Assembly (NCBI GenBank): GCA_965279035.1
Contig: OZ257142.1
Coordinates: forward strand, 3,488,001-3,552,000
Source: Bacteroidia bacterium
GTDB lineage: Bacteria > Bacteroidota > Bacteroidia > M30B66
Direction: 5' to 3'
Length of the DNA: 64,000 bases
The position numbers were made by a program, and so were the translations under genes. Of the stretch, positions 53,784 through 62,546 are shown one piece after another; position 1 is the stretch's first letter, and every line of letters starts with the position of its first letter. Below the pieces are notes generated by a model. The model ran no database searches. It was not told the origin of the DNA and was given only the letters and a program-made list of their open reading frames with translations.

Positions 53784-54614
53784 TTAGTTTGTAGTTATTA
53801 CTGTCGTTTGAATAAAACCACTCTTTGAATTTAAGTCAAGGTCGAAATTGTCAAGTTTCATATTCATTCCCATTTCTGTGTCAATTTGATATTTAAGATA
53901 ATAATTATTTGAAACGTCATAAAGCAATTTTCCTTTTCCGCTACCTGTCGCTTTGATAGTATATTTTGTAATGGTAGATTTCATTGTGTAAACTTGTGAT
54001 ACGTCAAAGTTCGCAATGCCATTTGTTATACTCAACAATTTATAGTTTGTTGTAATTGTCATTTCAATTGTCACGCCAGCAATAGGAATTGAAAGAGGCG
54101 ATTCTCTTGAGAAACTTTCACCAACCTTAACCTTTTTCTCTGGAAAAGATAGTTGTGAAAATGTGCTTTGCATTGCTTGAAGTAATGTCTTTTTAAACTC
54201 CTCGTCAAGTCCCTCTGAAACAATTGAGTCAAGTGTAGGCATATTTCCAATTGAACCGTGTCCATAAATAAGTGTTCCGTCTGGAATGTCTTTTTTGCCG
54301 TCACTACTTGTTGTCTTAACAAACTCCATAGTTAAGGGGAAATTTGTCCCGTCAGTAAGCTTACCCGTTTTGAAAACAGATTCTATTTTGGATACCTTGT
54401 CCGTTATGGTCGGATTTTGAACTCCCTTGTCTTTTAATTTTTGAAGGAATTCCTCAGAACCTGAATATTTCATGTCCGTATGAGATGTTTGTTCAATTGT
54501 CTGACTATATTTTGTTTCAGGTTTATATTGAACCTTGAAGGTAAGTCCGTCTTTTGATTGACTATTACACGAAATTTGTGTCAGCGTTAAAAGCAGTAAA
54601 ATAATTTTTCTCAT
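53784..54614 (-). CDS. Putative lipoprotein
   Basis: Lipobox-like ISC at residues 14-16; beta-rich. Confidence 0.75.
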   Translation of the reverse strand: MRKIILLLLTLTQISCNSQSKDGLTFKVQYKPETKYSQTIEQTSHTDMKYSGSEEFLQKLKDKGVQNPTITDKVSKIESVFKTGKLTDGTNFPLTMEFVKTTSSDGKKDIPDGTLIYGHGSIGNMPTLDSIVSEGLDEEFKKTLLQAMQSTFSQLSFPEKKVKVGESFSRESPLSIPIAGVTIEMTITTNYKLLSITNGIANFDVSQVYTMKSTITKYTIKATGSGKGKLLYDVSNNYYLKYQIDTEMGMNMKLDNFDLDLNSKSGFIQTTVITTN

Positions 54615-54653
54615 CTGTTTGTCTGTTTCTGTGTGGTCTGTTATGCTTGCAGG

Positions 54654-54779
54654 TAACGTTTTCGGGCTTGGCGAAGGTGGCGATTTTCACCAAAAATGTT
54701 GATGCGGAGAACCAATGTTTGATTAACCACAAAACTGTCTACGGAGCACTGAACCGCCACTTTTGCCAAGCCCGTGTTA
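54654..54779. repeat. attC-like repeat 28 (family E)
   Basis: taac...gtta palindrome. Confidence 0.88.
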
Positions 54780-54801
54780 TGCGGTCGTTTTTCTTTTAGT
54801 G

Positions 54802-55356
54802 TCATGGTTTGTAATATTTTATTAGCCATATAAAACTTGTCAAATATAAAAGTCTTTGTGCAATGCCTTGGTAATTTTTCAGCAGACCAAAAGTTGCAGA
54901 AAGTCCTATAACAAGAATAAAAAATGCTAGGTGAAAATATTTTATGGTGTTGTCTGTCGTGAAAAATATTTGCGTCAAAATACCAATACTAAATGTAATA
55001 CCTGCGATTTGAGCAAAGGCCGAATGAAGTGTTGATTGTGTTGTCGAGTAAGTGTCGATATCAACGAATGGTTTGGTGCAGAATATTCCTGTCAATGCTA
55101 CACAAATTCCATAAATAAAGATTGGGCTTGTCCGCCAAGTAAGTCCGTTAATAAAAATCCCAATAGCCAAAGTCAGCCCGAACGCTAAAAAACCAATTTG
55201 CATAACTAGTTTTCTGTCGTAGCCTTGAGAACCTAGGTCGCTAATTGTGTTTTTTGTCCAGTCATAATTGTCTATCGAGAAAATATGAGCAATTAAAATA
55301 AATAATACAAAGAGTGTAGTTGATATAATATGATAATTTAATTTGAAAAGTTCCAT
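54802..55356 (-). CDS. DUF998-like membrane protein
   Basis: Y.W...TISDLG; LH...A; G..QR. Confidence 0.78.
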   Translation of the reverse strand: MELFKLNYHIISTTLFVLFILIAHIFSIDNYDWTKNTISDLGSQGYDRKLVMQIGFLAFGLTLAIGIFINGLTWRTSPIFIYGICVALTGIFCTKPFVDIDTYSTTQSTLHSAFAQIAGITFSIGILTQIFFTTDNTIKYFHLAFFILVIGLSATFGLLKNYQGIAQRLLYLTSFIWLIKYYKP

Positions 55357-55357
55357 T

Positions 55358-56194
55358 TTAATAATCAGTTATTTTTTCTTTACTAATAAAATAGTTTCCT
55401 TGCCTATCGGTTAAACTCAAATTATTTGTCCCAAAGTTTTTAAAAATATATATTGCAATAAAAACAAACCCTGTACTTAAAACTGCAACTATGATTTCCT
55501 TGTCAAATTCCGAACAGAAATTATTTAAAAAATGGAAAGTCATTGCAGGTATCAGAAATCCTTTGCTTGAATTGTATATGGAAGTCAGAATTACTGAACC
55601 CACAAAAATTCCGAAGAAAAAGCCAATGGCTATTCCCAACGAAAAGTCAAAGCGATAAAAGAAAAAGGGGATGTGCCATAAAGCCCAAATTACAGTTAAA
55701 ATGATTGTTGATTTCCAGGCGGAAAAATTTTCTTGTAAATGAGGCAACAAAAAACCTCTCCAACCTATTTCTTCGAGTATTGAATAAGTCAATAGTGGCA
55801 GAAGCCAGATAATGAAAGGATTTAAAGAAGTCCAATTTAATTTTGCAAATGCTTCAAAATTGTAATAGTCCGATTTTACTATTTTGAAAATCAATAACCC
55901 GAATATGAAAAATAGTATAGGGGTAATTGTCAGTTGTATTGTTTGCTTGCTAGGGATATGAAATTTGAGTTTTGACAGTAGTTTCTTTATTCCTTGTTTG
56001 CCATAAAATGAATAAGTTGTAACGAAAGCTGCAATTGTAGGTCCTATTGCTGCGAATGAGTGGAAAAAATTCAAATGACTTTGATCAATAGTCTCCTTTC
56101 TGAAAAGCCAATTAATTCCAAATGCAATTGACCAAGTAATACCAAAGGCTAAACTTGAATAGAGAATTACTTTTTTATTTAAGTCCTTTGTCAT
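55358..56194 (-). CDS. CPBP/CAAX (Abi) intramembrane metalloprotease
   Basis: EEIGWRG, WALWH, H...N motifs; start MTKDL at 56194. Confidence 0.9.
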   Translation of the reverse strand: MTKDLNKKVILYSSLAFGITWSIAFGINWLFRKETIDQSHLNFFHSFAAIGPTIAAFVTTYSFYGKQGIKKLLSKLKFHIPSKQTIQLTITPILFFIFGLLIFKIVKSDYYNFEAFAKLNWTSLNPFIIWLLPLLTYSILEEIGWRGFLLPHLQENFSAWKSTIILTVIWALWHIPFFFYRFDFSLGIAIGFFFGIFVGSVILTSIYNSSKGFLIPAMTFHFLNNFCSEFDKEIIVAVLSTGFVFIAIYIFKNFGTNNLSLTDRQGNYFISKEKITDY

Positions 56195-56233
56195 TTCTGT
56201 CTGTGTTCTAGTGGTCTGTCCTAAAATGCCGCA

Positions 56234-56359
56234 TAACGTTTTGCAGCTACAAGAAGTTGGCGATTTCGGAGACGAAAACTGTCTGCCAGCACTGAACTTG
56301 ATACGAAGCACAAATGTTCATTTAACCACTGAACCGCCAATTTCTTGTAGGTGCTGTTA
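56234..56359. repeat. attC-like repeat 29 (family G)
   Basis: taac-gtttt-gcagctacaagaagttggcg...cgccaatttcttgtaggtgc-t-gtta. Confidence 0.88.
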
Positions 56360-56375
56360 TAGGGCGTTGTTCTTC

Positions 56376-57359
56376 TCATGCTTTTACGTCTGTCTGTTTT
56401 CTACTTTTTATAATTCTATTTGTCGTACCGATAATAATTGCACAAACAAGTCCAATTGCTGTCAGTAGAAGTGAAAAGAAAGGTGCTATGTTTGCATATT
56501 CAAGTCCTTCTATTCCCGCAACGTCTGTATAAAATCTTTGTTTTTTGATAAGTTCATATTGATTGTTCTTTTCAGCGAACAAGAATTCATATTTTGAGTA
56601 ATGGTCATTTGAGACTTGTCCACCACTCAACCCAGCAAAAATATATTTTTCATTGTCTTCTGTTGTGAATTCAGTAATAATGCCATTTAACTGACCAGAA
56701 GTGTCCCAATTTTTTTCGCCTTTATCAATTAGCTTACTTTCTTTAATTTGCTTGTCAATGGTCAGCAAAATATTTTGGGATGCTTTTAATTCTGGATTGT
56801 TATATATTTTAGGAAAGTCATACAAGTATCCGTTTATATGAGCCCTGTCTTCGAAAACCATAAAAATCCTATCAGAAGTACCATAATAAAAATCTTTTCT
56901 ACCATATAAATTGTCCATTGATTTTGTAGTGTCTATTGTAACATGAAGCGGTTTAATACCTATGGAATCAATATTAGAAACTCTCGAACATGTTACAACT
57001 TTGTCTGCTTTTAGGATTTCACTAAAAACTGCTGGTCTTTTAAAAGCATACCCCCAATAATTATAATTCATAATTGAAGCTGTCACGGTAAAGGCAAGTT
57101 GCAAAATAAGCAATGACCCTAAAAGTATTTTTAAACCTTTAGAAATATATTTATTCTTAAACCAAAAATAAAAGGTCAGTCCCGCAAGTAATGGAACTAA
57201 AAAGAAAATGAAATACCAAGTTAAACTTTCTGAATAATGAAGAGAAATGTTGTCATATAATTGTCGATTACTAGCCGTCAAGAACGTAAGAAGTCCATGA
57301 GCAATAGTAAAACCTGTCGCTGTGTAAATCAATATGTCTATGGTCTTTTGTCGTGTCAT
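56376..57359 (-). CDS. Membrane-anchored hypothetical protein
   Basis: Three N-terminal and one C-terminal TM segment; fills its cassette. Confidence 0.75.
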   Translation of the reverse strand: MTRQKTIDILIYTATGFTIAHGLLTFLTASNRQLYDNISLHYSESLTWYFIFFLVPLLAGLTFYFWFKNKYISKGLKILLGSLLILQLAFTVTASIMNYNYWGYAFKRPAVFSEILKADKVVTCSRVSNIDSIGIKPLHVTIDTTKSMDNLYGRKDFYYGTSDRIFMVFEDRAHINGYLYDFPKIYNNPELKASQNILLTIDKQIKESKLIDKGEKNWDTSGQLNGIITEFTTEDNEKYIFAGLSGGQVSNDHYSKYEFLFAEKNNQYELIKKQRFYTDVAGIEGLEYANIAPFFSLLLTAIGLVCAIIIGTTNRIIKSRKQTDVKA

Positions 57360-57373
57360 TTTACAATGCCCTA

Positions 57374-57499
57374 TAACGTTTTGCAGCTACAAGAAGTTGG
57401 CGATTTCGGAGACGAAAACTGTCTGCCAGCACTGAACTTGATACGAAGCACAAAGCTTCATTTAACCACTTAACCGCCAATTTCTTGTAGGTGCTGTTA
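57374..57499. repeat. attC-like repeat 30 (family G)
   Basis: taac...gtta palindrome. Confidence 0.88.
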
Positions 57500-57524
57500 G
57501 CGGTTCGTGCTTCTTGTTCTGTCC

Positions 57525-57977
57525 TCATTTGAAAATGTCAAAGTTGGTGTGAAGAAATTTGTCCCATTGCGGTTTTGGATGTTCAGTTTTTTTCTTTGTG
57601 TCTTTGCCGTTAAACCATATTGAACGCTTGCCCTTATTTTTTCCTGTCTTGTTTTGAACCGCATTGTCAACAAACTCTTGTGATGATAAAATCCATGTCT
57701 TGTCCATGCGGTGAGAATAAAATACAAAATAATAATTGTCCCGTTGCTCATGAGTGATTGCTGCAAAAAGTGCTGCATCTCCGAACAGAACGTCTTTTGA
57801 ACGGGCTTTGATTTGAAGTTCTACAAATGAACCGTCTTTCTTTCTAACAACTGCGTCAATTCCGAAGTCGTCAATAAGTGGAATGTAAACGTCAAGTCCT
57901 TGTTCAAGCATTTTGCTAATTACAAAATACTCCATTCGTTTTCCAAAGCCAGCGTTGTGTCTGAAAGTATTACTCAT
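57525..57977 (-). CDS. PD-(D/E)XK nuclease superfamily protein
   Basis: G...E, DD.GID, ELQIKAR. Confidence 0.78.
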   Translation of the reverse strand: MSNTFRHNAGFGKRMEYFVISKMLEQGLDVYIPLIDDFGIDAVVRKKDGSFVELQIKARSKDVLFGDAALFAAITHEQRDNYYFVFYSHRMDKTWILSSQEFVDNAVQNKTGKNKGKRSIWFNGKDTKKKTEHPKPQWDKFLHTNFDIFK

Positions 57978-58300
57978 TAGCTAAAAATTAAAGTTGCCAC
58001 AAAACTGTCATTGTCATGTCGCTTGTAAAAAACTCGTCCGCCCTCCATGTAAGTGCGAACCATAGTTCTTATCCATCGTCCTTTGTCATTTGTCGGTGCG
58101 AAAGCTAAAACTTGTGCCAGATGTTTGTTGTCCATAATGATTGGTGGTACTTCAAAGTTCTTGGTCGTGTCGGTGCCTTGCAAGTCCGTTTCAATGTTTT
58201 CAAAACTTAAAGTTGTTCTGTCAACCAAAAGTTCTGTCGTGATGTGATTACTTAAAACATTTTCTCTTTCGTTTTCTGTCCAGTCAGTGAATTTTGTCAT
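57977..58300 (-). CDS. Hypothetical protein
   Basis: 107 aa, translationally coupled to the nuclease gene. Confidence 0.65.
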   Translation of the reverse strand: MTKFTDWTENERENVLSNHITTELLVDRTTLSFENIETDLQGTDTTKNFEVPPIIMDNKHLAQVLAFAPTNDKGRWIRTMVRTYMEGGRVFYKRHDNDSFVATLIFS

Positions 58301-58362
58301 AATTGTATTGTTTGTTTAGTTAATGTCTGTTGATGTTTGCACTGTCGTCATAGCATGACCGC

Positions 58363-58488
58363 TAACGGTTTGCAGCTACAAGAAGTTGGCGATTACGAAG
58401 ACGAAAACTGTCTGCCACCACAGAACTTGATACGAAGCTCAAAGCTTCATTTAACCACTGAACCGCCAATTTCTTGTAGGTGCTGTTA
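58363..58488. repeat. attC-like repeat 31 (family G)
   Basis: taac...gtta palindrome. Confidence 0.88.
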
Positions 58489-58504
58489 TGCCCAGTTTTT
58501 CTTC

Positions 58505-59605
58505 TCACGTCAAGTCGTTTATGTCGTCCTGGAATACATAGTTTCTATGATAGTCTAGATATTCCTGTCTATCCTCTGGATATATTCTCAAGTTGTTTTT
58601 AGCGTTTGGATTAATATTAAGTCTTTCCCAAGTGTATGCTGAAAGCAAAGTGCCACAAACTAAATCTCCGTTGTCTTTAAAAGTTATGTAGCCTTGGTCA
58701 AAAAGTTTGTCGTAAGTTGGAGTTAAAGCAAGTCCGTTTAAATAATCAATTGCTTGGTCTTCACGTCCCTCCTTAATACAAACTCTGTAAGGTTTGATAT
58801 GGCTTGCAATTAGCAGTTTCTCGTCTGATATTTTTGTGAATGGACATTGTGGCATATGCTCAATAACTTTCTTTCTGTATTGGTCAGCACCTTGTCGTCC
58901 AATTGATTTTGTAGTTTCTCTTTTAGCTTTTTCTTCAACTTCAAGTTCGGCTGTCGTACCAATTAGTTTTGGGTGAACAATTGACCTAAATTGATAATCT
59001 AACAATATTCTGAAATAGAAAAGTGGTTTTTGATTTTCTTTATTTCCAACTACTGGTATGAGTTTTAGAATTGATAAATAGCTAATCTTTGGTAGAACTA
59101 ATTTTCTCCAAATATCCCAAATAGGTTCATCTGAACGTATATAACCTCTGCTTAATTTGTTATCTGTGAAATCCGAAACATCATAGATGCTAAAAAATAT
59201 CTTTTCATCTTCAAGTGCAGTGATGCTTTCTAAATTTTGAGTGTAAAATTCCGCAATATCAAAATTGTAGATTTGTTCTTGTTTTTGATATTCAATTCTT
59301 GCATCGTACATATATTTTAGCAAGTTTGACTTGCTAAAAAAGCAATTTCCTTCTTGAATTGGTGTATAAACTCTTTCGCCATTTTCTATCCCTTTTCCCC
59401 AATCTGAATATTCAAAAAAATCACTTAATCTTTCACCACTTTTCCCTACATAACCACCTACATATTTTCTTGATTCGCCATTGCCTTTGAACATTTGAAG
59501 CTTATTCTTGCGATAAATGAAACTATCCTCAGCTCTTAAATTTTGAATTGAATCAATAATAAAGTACTCCTTGCCTTCAATATGTATTTTTTGAAAATTC
59601 TCCAT
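58505..59605 (-). CDS. HNH restriction endonuclease-like protein
   Basis: CPFT...LIASHIKP...NGLAL...DKLFD.G.ITF (HNH_2). Confidence 0.85.
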   Translation of the reverse strand: MENFQKIHIEGKEYFIIDSIQNLRAEDSFIYRKNKLQMFKGNGESRKYVGGYVGKSGERLSDFFEYSDWGKGIENGERVYTPIQEGNCFFSKSNLLKYMYDARIEYQKQEQIYNFDIAEFYTQNLESITALEDEKIFFSIYDVSDFTDNKLSRGYIRSDEPIWDIWRKLVLPKISYLSILKLIPVVGNKENQKPLFYFRILLDYQFRSIVHPKLIGTTAELEVEEKAKRETTKSIGRQGADQYRKKVIEHMPQCPFTKISDEKLLIASHIKPYRVCIKEGREDQAIDYLNGLALTPTYDKLFDQGYITFKDNGDLVCGTLLSAYTWERLNINPNAKNNLRIYPEDRQEYLDYHRNYVFQDDINDLT

Positions 59606-59608
59606 AAT

Positions 59609-61084
59609 TTATTTAGCAAATTTAGTAATGTCCATTTGTTTTAATAGTGCAATAAGAACATCTACTACAATGCTATTACCTGCTTGTCTATACATTTGTG
59701 TGTCGCTAACAACTTGCTTAAAGTCGTCACGGAAGCCCATTAGGCGTAGGCATTCTTTTGGTGTTAGTTTTCTAATTCGTCCTGTATGAGTAACATAATT
59801 GTCAACCCCAGCTCGGTGCATTTTATGCATACTTTGTAAAAGAGGTCTTGCTACTTCAAGGTCTGTTTTTACTGATGTTTTAAAGGTTTTCGTTCCGCTA
59901 CTTAGAACGTAATCTCTTACTTTATCCGACAAATAATATTTCTCTTCAACTTTATTTACATCAAAAACAAAATCTGAAAATTCAGGTTCGTTACCTTGTT
60001 CAAAAACAAAATCACCGTGCCAATTAAATTGTTGATTTGCTTTTTGACAAAGTGCAACTTCGCCATTTATTTGTGTGTAACGTTTGTTTCTGTTTTTTGA
60101 ACTGGTTACGAATTTTACACCTTTTTCTTTCAAGTAATATTTGCTGTCTGTGTAATCTTCTAAAAAGTCTTGCATTTTATGTTCAAGTGCAATTGATTCT
60201 GGAAATTGAAAATCAATTGTTTTGTCTTTGAAACCAACAACAAAAATTCTTTCTCTATGCTGTGGCATTCCATAGTTTTTTGCATTTAGAACTTGGAAAT
60301 AATATTTATAACCTAATTCGTCAAATGTCGCTTTAATGGTTTCAAAAGTGTTGCCATTGTCGTGATTGATTAATCCTTTTACGTTTTCAAAAATGAAAAC
60401 ATTCGGCTGACTTTCTTTTACAACTCTTGCAAATTCATAAAATAAAGTTCCTCTTGTGTCATCAAAACCTCTGCGTTTTCCAACCATTGAAAATGATTGA
60501 CAAGGGCTACCACCAACCAATAAGTCTAATTTCCCTTTGTATTTTTTCCCGTTTATGTCGTGAACATCATTGTACCAATTGCTTTCAGCAATTTCATAAT
60601 TTGCAAAATAACTTTGCTTTGCAAAGCTATCAATGTCGCTTGCAAATTGAATTTCAGAATTTAAGTTTAAGCGTTTTAAAGCGTACTCAATAGCACCAAT
60701 TCCTGAAAACATTGTTCCAATTCTAATGGTTGCGTTAGGGTTTGAAAATTCTTTTTCTCTCCAGTCTTTTTGAAATTTTAAAACTTGTTGATTTGCGTAG
60801 AAACCTAATTGTTCATTTACAATATTTAAGACTTCTTGATATTCGGGATATGATTTTAATTCTTCAACAATTTTGGTTGAGTAATGATAATTTAGAAGTA
60901 CTCTTTTGTCTGTTTGCAGTATTTGACAAAGGTTTTCAAGTTGGTCAATGTTTAGATGCCTTTCGTCCTTTTCAATTTTTCCAAGGGTCGAAGGGTCTAT
61001 GTCTATGTGTGAAGCAACTTTGCGAAGGGGAAAACCTAATTCGGTTCTTTTCTGTTTTATATATTCTCCAAATGTAACTTCCAT
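59609..61084 (-). CDS. XRE-HTH-fused DNA (cytosine-5) methyltransferase
   Basis: N-terminal HTH; FSGIG, GSPCQ, ENV, Q.RER, Q.GNS motifs. Confidence 0.93.
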   Translation of the reverse strand: MEVTFGEYIKQKRTELGFPLRKVASHIDIDPSTLGKIEKDERHLNIDQLENLCQILQTDKRVLLNYHYSTKIVEELKSYPEYQEVLNIVNEQLGFYANQQVLKFQKDWREKEFSNPNATIRIGTMFSGIGAIEYALKRLNLNSEIQFASDIDSFAKQSYFANYEIAESNWYNDVHDINGKKYKGKLDLLVGGSPCQSFSMVGKRRGFDDTRGTLFYEFARVVKESQPNVFIFENVKGLINHDNGNTFETIKATFDELGYKYYFQVLNAKNYGMPQHRERIFVVGFKDKTIDFQFPESIALEHKMQDFLEDYTDSKYYLKEKGVKFVTSSKNRNKRYTQINGEVALCQKANQQFNWHGDFVFEQGNEPEFSDFVFDVNKVEEKYYLSDKVRDYVLSSGTKTFKTSVKTDLEVARPLLQSMHKMHRAGVDNYVTHTGRIRKLTPKECLRLMGFRDDFKQVVSDTQMYRQAGNSIVVDVLIALLKQMDITKFAK

Positions 61085-61104
61085 ATTTGTCTATTTTTTT
61101 GTTC

Positions 61105-61126
61105 GGACTATTTTTGTCCAAAAGTA
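61105..61126 (-). promoter_or_regulatory. Promoter -7 box and palindromic operator of the MTase gene
   Basis: TACTTTTG (61119-61126) abutting GGAC-N7-GTCC (61105-61119). Confidence 0.55.
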
Positions 61127-61187
61127 TGGAATGTTTGTCATGTTCGCAAATTTTGTTGTCAACGGTCGGTCGTCCTAAAATTGGGCA

Positions 61188-61313
61188 TAACGTTTTGCAG
61201 ATTTGCGATGGGCGGGATTTTCAGCACAAATGTTGATGCGGAGCACAAATCTTTCGGCTACCACTAAACTGTCTGCGGAGAACGAAACCCCGCCTATTGC
61301 AAATGTGCTGTTA
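61188..61313. repeat. attC-like repeat 32 (family F)
   Basis: taac...gtta palindrome. Confidence 0.88.
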
Positions 61314-61511
61314 GCAGTAGTGCTTTCTCGTTTGTCGAAGTGCAGTCTGTCCATGTTTGCGGTGTCTTGGTGCGTTGGCTTGGTGGCTCTTTTGGATTTT
61401 TTTAGCGTTGGTCAATGCGTTGAAAAAAAATACAAATGTGCCACCAAATGCGTTGCAGAGGTATGTTGAGTAATTTTGTTTCCATAACGTTAGCATCTAA
61501 ATTCAGTTGCT

Positions 61512-62546
61512 TTAAAAAATTTCAATTCCATGTTCAATATAGTAGCTTTTTAACTTGTTTGTTTTTTCGATAAATAAACTATAAAACCAATTGTCATATT
61601 CTGCTAAATAAAAGCTTTCGTTATCTGAATTCGTTAAACAGGATATAATTGTATTCGCTGCTTTAATTCCAGAATATAAAGCATTTAAAATGCCTTGTCC
61701 AGCAGCAGGGTCTATAATACCAGCAGCATCACCACATAAAATAATGCCTTCTTTGCATAATGGTCTAAACAATCGCCAACGCATATTTGACTTTCGTATA
61801 TTACCCTTTAATGGATAGTTTTTTAAAATATTTGGCTTTAAAAAAAATTGTTTCCCTTTGGTAGAAAGTACAGTCCAAGTGCAGTCATTAGGAGGTGTCG
61901 GTGCAATCCAAGTCCAACCATTTCTATTAGGAATAAAATTAGTGTTAGCTTCTTTAAACATCAAATTTTCAGCCTCAATTGCGGTTGAAATGCCCGTCCA
62001 AGAAATCAATGGAGGGGAAATAAAAAGTTCTCTAAACTTCATTTTTTTTCCACCAAATCGTTTGAAACCTGTTGCATCAATTACATATTTTGAAAGAATT
62101 TGTGACCCTGAATTTGTTATAACTCCAATAACACAATTGTCATCAATTACTAATTCGCTAACCACATTATCAAGAGTATTTACATTCTGCTGAATAGCTG
62201 ATTGTAATAGTGTTTCGTCAAATATTGTTCTGTTTATGTGGTAACCAAACCAAATGCCATTTTCATCTGAACCCAAATTAGTAACTATGTTACTTGTTCT
62301 TATGCCTTGATATTTTCCAATTGTAGATTGCCTTATACTACTTTCTGCTTTTAAGGACGTAAGAATAGTCAAGATGCCTGGGTGAACGCTTTCTGCTGGT
62401 CTTATTTTATTAGAATTGATAATATTTGAAATTAGAAGAACTGATAAATCATTTTGCACACAAGTTATTGCGGCAGATAATCCTGCTGGGCCGCTTCCAA
62501 TAACAATAACATCATATTGTGCATGAAATTCCATTAAATCCCCCAA
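61512..62546 (-). CDS. FAD-dependent oxidoreductase (LodB/halogenase-like)
   Basis: GSGPAG, DATG, GDAA...DP..GQG. Confidence 0.85.
   Translation of the reverse strand: MGDLMEFHAQYDVIVIGSGPAGLSAAITCVQNDLSVLLISNIINSNKIRPAESVHPGILTILTSLKAESSIRQSTIGKYQGIRTSNIVTNLGSDENGIWFGYHINRTIFDETLLQSAIQQNVNTLDNVVSELVIDDNCVIGVITNSGSQILSKYVIDATGFKRFGGKKMKFRELFISPPLISWTGISTAIEAENLMFKEANTNFIPNRNGWTWIAPTPPNDCTWTVLSTKGKQFFLKPNILKNYPLKGNIRKSNMRWRLFRPLCKEGIILCGDAAGIIDPAAGQGILNALYSGIKAANTIISCLTNSDNESFYLAEYDNWFYSLFIEKTNKLKSYYIEHGIEIF

Noticed and set aside
56195-56311. N-terminal extension of the CPBP protease (likewise 15329-15358 for HNH, 1448-1485 and 2957-2969)
   Set aside because: These extensions lie in repeat, cassette-end or IS sequence; downstream ATGs or truncation explain them.
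14276-61313. CRISPR array
   Set aside because: Repeats are ~126 bp and heterogeneous, intervening units are 0.4-9.5 kb, and no cas genes are present.
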